Shown here: positions 55,001-63,300 of the stretch, piece after piece | How the letters are laid out: each line of letters opens with the position of its first letter | How positions within the stretch are numbered: position 1 is the first letter of the stretch | From: Eledone cirrhosa | Taxonomy: Eukaryota | Direction: 5' to 3' | Assembly: GCA_964016885.1 (NCBI GenBank) | Contig: OZ024740.1 | Span: 298,344,001 to 298,408,000, forward strand | Length of the DNA: 64,000 bases | Program-made: the position numbers and the translations under genes | The notes under the pieces: generated by a model | The model's database searches: none | Told to the model about the DNA's origin: nothing | Seen by the model: the letters and a program-made list of their open reading frames with translations, nothing else

Positions 55001-57266
55001 AAACTGTTCAGAGACGTGCAACCAAGCGCATACCCTCCATCAGACACCTACCATACTCTGAACGCCTTGCTTCCCTGGGCATGGATTCATTGAAGCTCCG
55101 ACGTCTGGCAATGGATTTGGTGAATACCCACAAAGTTTTTAACCATCTCGCCAACTGCAACCCTGAGCGCCTCTTTGATCTCCATGTGTCTAACACACGT
55201 GGACATGCCTACAAGATAAGAAAACAGCACAGCTCCCATGACTTTCGCAGACATTTTTTCACGCTCAGAGTTGCTGAAGCATGGAACAAACTGCCTGCGT
55301 CAATTGTTAGCTGCCGAGACACTGCATCCTTTAAGACACTCATGCTTCCCAAAATACGCCAAAACTACACCTGATGTACCCCTTCCATACACATGCACAC
55401 ATGTGTGTATCATGACTCGTGCACTGTTCATTTTACTGATGTTTGTGCATTGCCCTATGTACTGTACATGCACTTTTTTGATGAGTTGTGGTGCACCTGG
55501 GCACTGTGCACAATATTTCGTTATTGTTATTATATCATGACTCATACACTGTTTATTTTCCTGACATTTGTACATTATTCTATGTACTATACATGCACCT
55601 TTGATGAGTTGTAGTGCACCTGAGCACTGTACACAATAATTTCATTATTATTATTATAATAATGATGTCAACAGCAGAAATAAGAGATGAAGTGTATGTT
55701 TATTTGTTGTAGCACAAAGTAATGTTTGTTTAATTGTATAGTTGAAGTTAAACATAAAAGGGTTACAAAAGGAATGTGGCATTGTGCCAGGCCCAAGGAA
55801 GGCCGACAGACCAAAGTGAAAATCTCACCGTTACATATTGTTTGTGTTCACGGAGCAAGAGAATAAGTGGTCTTTACCTTAGCATGGTCAAGCTGCAAGA
55901 GAGATTTTTTGAGCTGACCCGGGAATTTTTCCCTCAGGGCGTCTGTAGGGATACAATCTCCTACGCTAGCGGCGATTGGCTGAGCTGAGCCAAATAACGC
56001 ACGGAGAATGTATATGAGCCCGCAGAATGTAGGTCACTACAACTCTAATACTGCCCGTTTTCAAATTGATTTGTACACTAGTAAATATACTATAAACATC
56101 TGAATTAACAAACCTTGTTTTTTTTTAGATATAGATATTTACTGTTAAATCATTATGGGATATTAAGACTTAATAAAACCATATTAGGATACTTACATTT
56201 TCATCAAAAATGGGTTCTTCATCCAAATCAACAATACAGTATTCCAAGAGACGCCAAACACAAGTTTTGGACAAATCTGGTTCCAAAGATTTCAGTAAAT
56301 CAAAGAATTCATGCAACTAATGAACATGAAAAAAAAAAAAAAAAAAAAGTGAGAGTATTTCAAGGAGAGCATCTTTTGAATACAGTTACATAGTATTAAT
56401 GTTAATATTGTATAGTGTATGTTCGTAAATGGGATTTCTTGTAATGTTCTTTTTTTGTCATAGATAATGTTTTTTTTATGTAAAATAAAATTATTAGATT
56501 CTCCAGCTGCTGTATCAGTATGAATGAATCATTTACAATAACATTTCGCAGGAGATAGATGGATAAAATTTAATAAAAGGTGGTGGTGGGGGATCTGAAA
56601 AATCATTAAGCATAGGGGGACAGTTATTCAAGACCTGAGAGTGTGTGTTTCTGTTTAATTTTTATATATATATATATATATATGGACACGTATGGACACG
56701 TGATGCGCATGAAAGTCGATAGCTGTATTACAAAGTGCAGGGCAATAAAGATAGACGGTAGCCACGGAATAGGCAGACCTAGAAAAACATGGGATGAGCT
56801 GATAAACTCCGACCTCACACACTTACACCTCTCCAAGACAATGTCACTGGACCGTGACCTTTGGCGGTACTCAGTAACAGAGAAGACCCGCCTTGCCAGT
56901 AGGCATCTCTAACAAAATACACCCCTCCCGCCGCCACCCCCACCCCATCCACACCACCCCGTTCTATGTAAAGTTATGTTGGTGCCGCGCCATCCAGGCC
57001 GAAACAAATGAGATCGTGTAGGTGTCACGACAAAAAAACACACAGTCCACGCTGTAATGTGGCCGTGTAGGCAACACGGTAAAAACCTCCCAGACCCACA
57101 CTGTAAATGTGGTTGGTGTTAGGAAGGGCATCCAACTGTAGAAAACCCGCCAGACAGTCCTATGCGAGCAAGACAATCACTCTTGCCTCAAGTGGGACTA
57201 CCCCCGTCCAAACCCATGCAAGCGTGGAACACGGACGTTAAACGTTGATGATGATGATGATGATGA

Positions 57267-57347
<81 letters not shown>

Positions 57348-60300
57348 TACACCAATATATTATTTATATAGGTGTTTGTATTTCGAATACTATACTGCAC
57401 ATATAATTCTTCATCTAAAAATATGTAAATATTAACAAATACTTTTGCCTCAAGGTTATAGCAATATCAAGTTATAAATAAAATTACAAAGACTGAACGA
57501 AAATTTGAAGATATTTTAATATTGTGTTATATAATAGTCGTTTATTTATAAGTAAATCAACATATCTAATGGTTATTGTTATAATTTTAGTTTTAGGCAG
57601 CCTTTTGTTCAATAGGCTGTCAGAGGAAGAATGGCAATGCCTGTCACTCTGTGTCTGTCTCCAATATTTACAATGAACAATTATACTGTACGCTAGATGA
57701 GTAGTTCCTGTTGTGAAAACCCTTTTAAAACCATATTTCTAATGAAATATACCACCTGTGCTTTTCAATTAATTTTATAAATAACCAACAATTAATACTT
57801 TTCACCTAGTAGTCATCATTCATTTTGAACTCCATGTCAAATATATTTCTTTCTCCTGTGCATGTTAGCTGATGCTTTTAATGTCCTTTAGATTACTTTT
57901 AATCTGTCTATGAAGCAAATTAACATTACACATACAACAGTTCCTTAATGAGAAAAACAAACCCAAGAAACAAAATGTGTTTAGTGATAAGACAGTGCTT
58001 ACTTTATCTTTCATCATATACTGCCTCAAACAGAAGACATAGAACTCTTTGCTTATGCAGTTGTCAACTGGTTTCAAGACAAGCAGAGCATCTTTCATAC
58101 TTTCAGGCAAATCTTTGTGGATAATGTATTTGGCAAATTGCTGGAATTATAGAATATATAAATAAATTATAAATTAATGGCTAAGGTTTTAATGAAGACG
58201 ATATCATACACCAATACGAGATATAGAAAGAGCAATGAGCAAACTGACAGGAACAAATCACAGACCTGTGTTTGTTGTCAGTAGGCCTGTAGCTTTTTTC
58301 TGTCCCAAATCAATACTTATAAGGTTGAATACTATTTAACTAATTGAAATATCAATGATATAAAAAAAATCAAGTTTTTTAATATTTAACTTTTAACATC
58401 CTATAATGATTTAACAGAAAATACCTAAAAAGAGTTTTAGTAAAGATACTATAAACGAATGTTTATCTTTACTACTCAATAGATCATTATGAAAATTGGC
58501 AATATTATTTCTTATTTTCTGCTAAATTATAGCAAGATGTTATCTAAAAACAGGCTAGTTAATTTGAATGCCTATAGTATTTTTGCTAATAGACAGATTG
58601 TTGTGAAAATTTGTAGTAAACCAATGCAAAGACATTTAATTTTTATGTGATTCAGTCATTGTGCTATTTTGTACTTTTCAAAATATTTTATTTGCTGATC
58701 TGAAATCAGATTCCAGCTTAACCCCATTTGATGGGCTTGCTGTTGAGTGCTGCAGGGGAGGTATGAAAATCAGTGCTGTGAAGATTGAGAAACTCAAGGA
58801 AGGCTGTGCTGTGCACTCTACTTGTGCATGGAGTTCCACTGAAGCAGATGGAAAAGTTCAAGAATCTTGGGGCAGTGTTCAGGAGTAATGGAAGGCAGAA
58901 GTATGAATTAAGTGCAAGAATTGTAGGAGCTAATGCAGTAATGTGCCAGCTTCAGCATTCAGTCATCAGAAGAAGGGAGGTAGGTGTAAAAGCCAAACTC
59001 GCTTTCTTCAATTTGGTGTACCTGCCAACCCTTACCTATGGTCATGAATCTTGGGCAATGACCGGAAGAATACAATCAGGAATACAAGCGGCTGAAATGG
59101 GGTTCCTATTTGGATTTACTGCCCTCCTAGACAATTTGAAAATGATTTCAAATTCTTAAGTAGTGTCTTTCATTATAAATAGGCTAATGAAAGGGTTAAT
59201 CGTACACTATTTGGCATAGTTTCTACGGCTGAATGCCCTTCATAATACCAACCACATGTTTACATCACTTCTGCTGACAACAAATGGATTTTTTTCCTTC
59301 TTTGTAGCACACAAACTGCGATAAATGTGTTAGAAGTTTAACATATTAAACACAGAAGAGAAAGCTGAAAAGTTAGAAAAGTAGGTTAAACATTTTAGCT
59401 GGTTAAAACTAAAAAATAATAATTGTATATTAAATATATAAAAAAAGCAAATAACTTCAGAACAACTGTTTTAGGAATAACTATTTCTCAGGACAAAAAA
59501 AGAAAAAAAAAATGAAAATTTACCAAAGCGTCTTCTGTGTTTGGTGAGGGTATATCCATGCCTTTCAGGTCATATTTTAAAAGGTGCAATTTCAACTCCA
59601 CAAGTTTGGCATGTTTTTTAATTTTCTCTACCCTGAATTAAAATAAAAAAGAAGTTAATAAGCTTCATCATAGGAATCAGGGAATCTTTCAAGTGTTATC
59701 AGAAATTTCGCAAAATTCCATATTTTGGAGGACATATGACCATCCCATGCCAGCATGGAAAATGGACATATTATGACGATGATGATGAATGAATGAAATA
59801 AACTGAAACATTTAAAAATATGGATGTCAGAACTCACTCTGGTTGTTTCAGTTTAGTAACATTGTCCACAAGAGACTTAATATCAGCAGACCATGGAATT
59901 GGTGCCCATTTTATGATTTCCAGAACAGCAGCGATCTTTTGCTGAAAGACATTAAACATTGAAAAAAAAAAACATTACTTCCTTGATTCATATTAAGACA
60001 TCCTCACACATAATTTACTTCTGGATGATTCAGATTGCCTCATGAAATATTCATGGGCTCGTGAATTTTTCCTGAAATCATGCCACATTTTCCAATGTCA
60101 CTCTTTTCTTGTATGTCTAAACAGGTGGGTTTGAATGACATCATTTATTACAATGCTTATTTCTGGTGGTGTGAAAGCAAAACCAAAGAGTTTGCAGGGA
60201 TCAAAAAGATATTTCAATCAATGCATGTTTCATTATAAAATTAATGATTTATAAAATTAATGATTTCTATTATAGGCACAAGGCCAGCAATTTTTTTTGG

Positions 60301-63300
60301 AGGGGGGGGGGTTCGATTAAATGTTAATGCGTTAAAAGTGCTTTATTTTATCGACCCCATAAGGATGAAAGGCAAAGCTAACCTCGGTGGGATTTGAACT
60401 CAGAACATAAAGGGCCATAAATCTATGCTGCAAAGCATGGTGTCTGACGCTCCACTGATTCTGCCAATCCAACAATAATGAAAATTATTGTGTACAGTGC
60501 TCAGGTGCACTACAACTCACCTCAAAGGTGCATATATAGTACATAGTATAATGTACAAATGTCAGGAAAGTAAACAGTGTATGAGTCATGATATACACAG
60601 AGATACATACGGGAGTGTGTATGGATGGGGAATATCAGGTGTAATGTTGGCAAATTTCGGGAAGCATGGAAGCTTTGAAAGAGTAGTGTCCCAACAGCTA
60701 ACAACTGATGCAGGTAGTTTGTTCCATGCTTCAGCAACTTCCATGCAACTCTGAGCATGCAAAAATGTTTCCGAAAGTCATGGGAGCTGTACTCATACAA
60801 AAAAATCTAATCAATAATTTCAATTAATTAATTAATTTTCGTTAATCTCATCAGGAATAAATATGTCTGTACGTGGCTACAGCAGAAGATACAGTGGATT
60901 TAAATGAAATGCGAGATCACTTATTACAGTGCTTATTTCTGGTGGTGTACACAAGATAAACACAATTTATTTGACCCCAGGAAGACCACGAGGCATTTAA
61001 TCCATTATTCTACAAATCTACTGTCCATTGCCCTTATAAAAGTGTATGAAAATATTCACTATTATAAGAGCACTGTCTGTCTGTCCGTCTGTTATGCTCA
61101 CTTTATATAGTGAGGGGGAGTACCAAGCAAGAGATATGTACATAAATAGAGAAAAAGGAACGCCGTGTGTTTTCAAGGTGACAGAAAGAGGTACATAGAG
61201 AGAAAGTTACCACATCACCCTCATCTATATAGAAAGAGGGGGAGCGCCAAGCTAGAGAGAGAAAAGGAACATCATTTTTTAAAAATGAATGTGTGTGTTG
61301 TGACAGAAAGAGGGAGAAGATGATGTCGCCCTCATCTAGTCTTCAATAAAAGTGAAATGATGCATTGAAGATAACTAAGAAAAGAGGAGAAATAAATAGA
61401 CAAAAAGATTCAACTTAACCATCTTGCCAACAACAACCTGAGCATCTTTTTGATTTCCTACAAAGTCAGAAAACAGCACAAGCTCCCATGACTTTCGGAA
61501 ACAATTTTTCACGCTTAGAGTTGCTGAAGCATGGAACAAACTACCTGCATCAGTTTTTAGCTGCCGAGACACTGCATCCTTTAAAACCTCCATCATCATC
61601 ATCATCATCGTTTAACGTCCATCTTCCATGCTAGCATGGGTTAGACGGGAGTTGTGCCACTTGAGGCAAGGTTGGTCGGGTGACCGTGTTTCGCTCATAT
61701 AGGACTATCTGGCAGGCTTTCTACGGCTGGATGCCCTTCCTAACACCAACCACATTTACAGTGTGGAACTGGGAACTTTTTACCGTGACACCTACACGAT
61801 CTCGATCTCATTATCTCATTTATTTGGACTGGATGTTGTGGTACCAACTTTACAGAGAGAGGGTGGTGTTGGTAGGAGTGGGAAGATAGGGTAGGGGTAG
61901 TGGGTTGGGGTGTATATTTGGTTAGGAGGTGCTAACTGACTGTAGGTTTCGCTTTGTACATAGGCAAGGCGGGTCTTCTGTATTACTGCGTAGCGCCAAA
62001 GATCTTGGTCCAGTGACATTGTCTTAGAGAAGTGCAAGTGTGCAAGGTCGGAATTTATCAGATCGCCCCAGGTTTTTCTGGGTCTATCTACACCGTAACT
62101 ACAATCAATTTTGATCGCCCTGCACTTTTTATGCAGCTCTCGTCTTTCATGCGCATCATGTGACCATACCAACGTAGTCTTCTCTCAAGTAAACAGCATC
62201 TGATCCCTCTTATTCCTAATTTCTCACTTAGTTCATTTATGCTTTGCCGTTCAGGTATATTACTATTACACATCCAACGGAGCATGCATGCTTCGTTCCT
62301 TTCCAGTCTGCGCAGGTCCTCTGCACGTAATGCTCATGTCTCACTGCCATGTAGCATTGCTGTTCGTATACAGGCATCATACAATCTGCGTTTCATTTTT
62401 AGAGAGAAACCTTTTGTGGCCAACAGCGGTATAAGCTCTCTGAACTTTTTCCATCCGGTTCTGACTCTGGCTACCTACTTTCAGAACACCCTCCACCACT
62501 GCTGATTTCGTCACCCAGGTAACGGAAAGTGTCTACTATTTCTATAGAACCATCTGGGCAATAGAAGGAGCTAGTATCCTATGGACACCTGCTGCTTATT
62601 GCACCTGAGCATTGGCCACATATAAAGTCTACATTCTTAGATAGTTTACCTGTGATCCCACTACATCTTTTATGTACCCATACTTTGCATTTGGGACATA
62701 AAATGGAATTTCTGCCTACTCCTTTCCTACACACTGAGCATGGCCATTTTTCTTTCTACAAACTAGAACTTTAGCCAAGTTAACTTTAAGGCCTTTTGAT
62801 TCTAGGCCATGTTTCCATGTTTAGAATTTCTTCTCTAGTTCAGCCATTGATTCAGCTATGAGCGTTAGATCATCTGCGTATAGGAGTTCCCATGGGCAGC
62901 CGGTCTTGAACTCCTCTGTTATAGCCTGAAGAGCAATAATAAATAGGAGGGGGCTATGGACTGAGCCTTGATGAATGCCAACTTTTACACTAAATTCTTC
63001 ACAATATTCATTGTTAATTCTAACCTTACTGACTGTTTCATTAAACATAGCTTGTATAGCTCTCACAAGCCATTCATCTAAACCTAGTTTTCTAAGAGCC
63101 CACCAGATAATGTCCATGCTTCCTGAAATTCGCCAACACTGCACCTGATATCCCCCCTCCATACACACGCACACATGTATATCATGACTTATACACTGTT
63201 CATTCATTTCCCTGACACTTGTGCATTATTCTATGTACTATACATGCACCTTTGATGAGTTGTAGTGCACCTGAGCACTGTACAGAATAATTTCATTTCA

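Noticed and set aside
53217-55196. Antisense and alternative-frame ORFs over the LINE
   Set aside because: Shadows of the CR1 ORF2 with no independent motifs.
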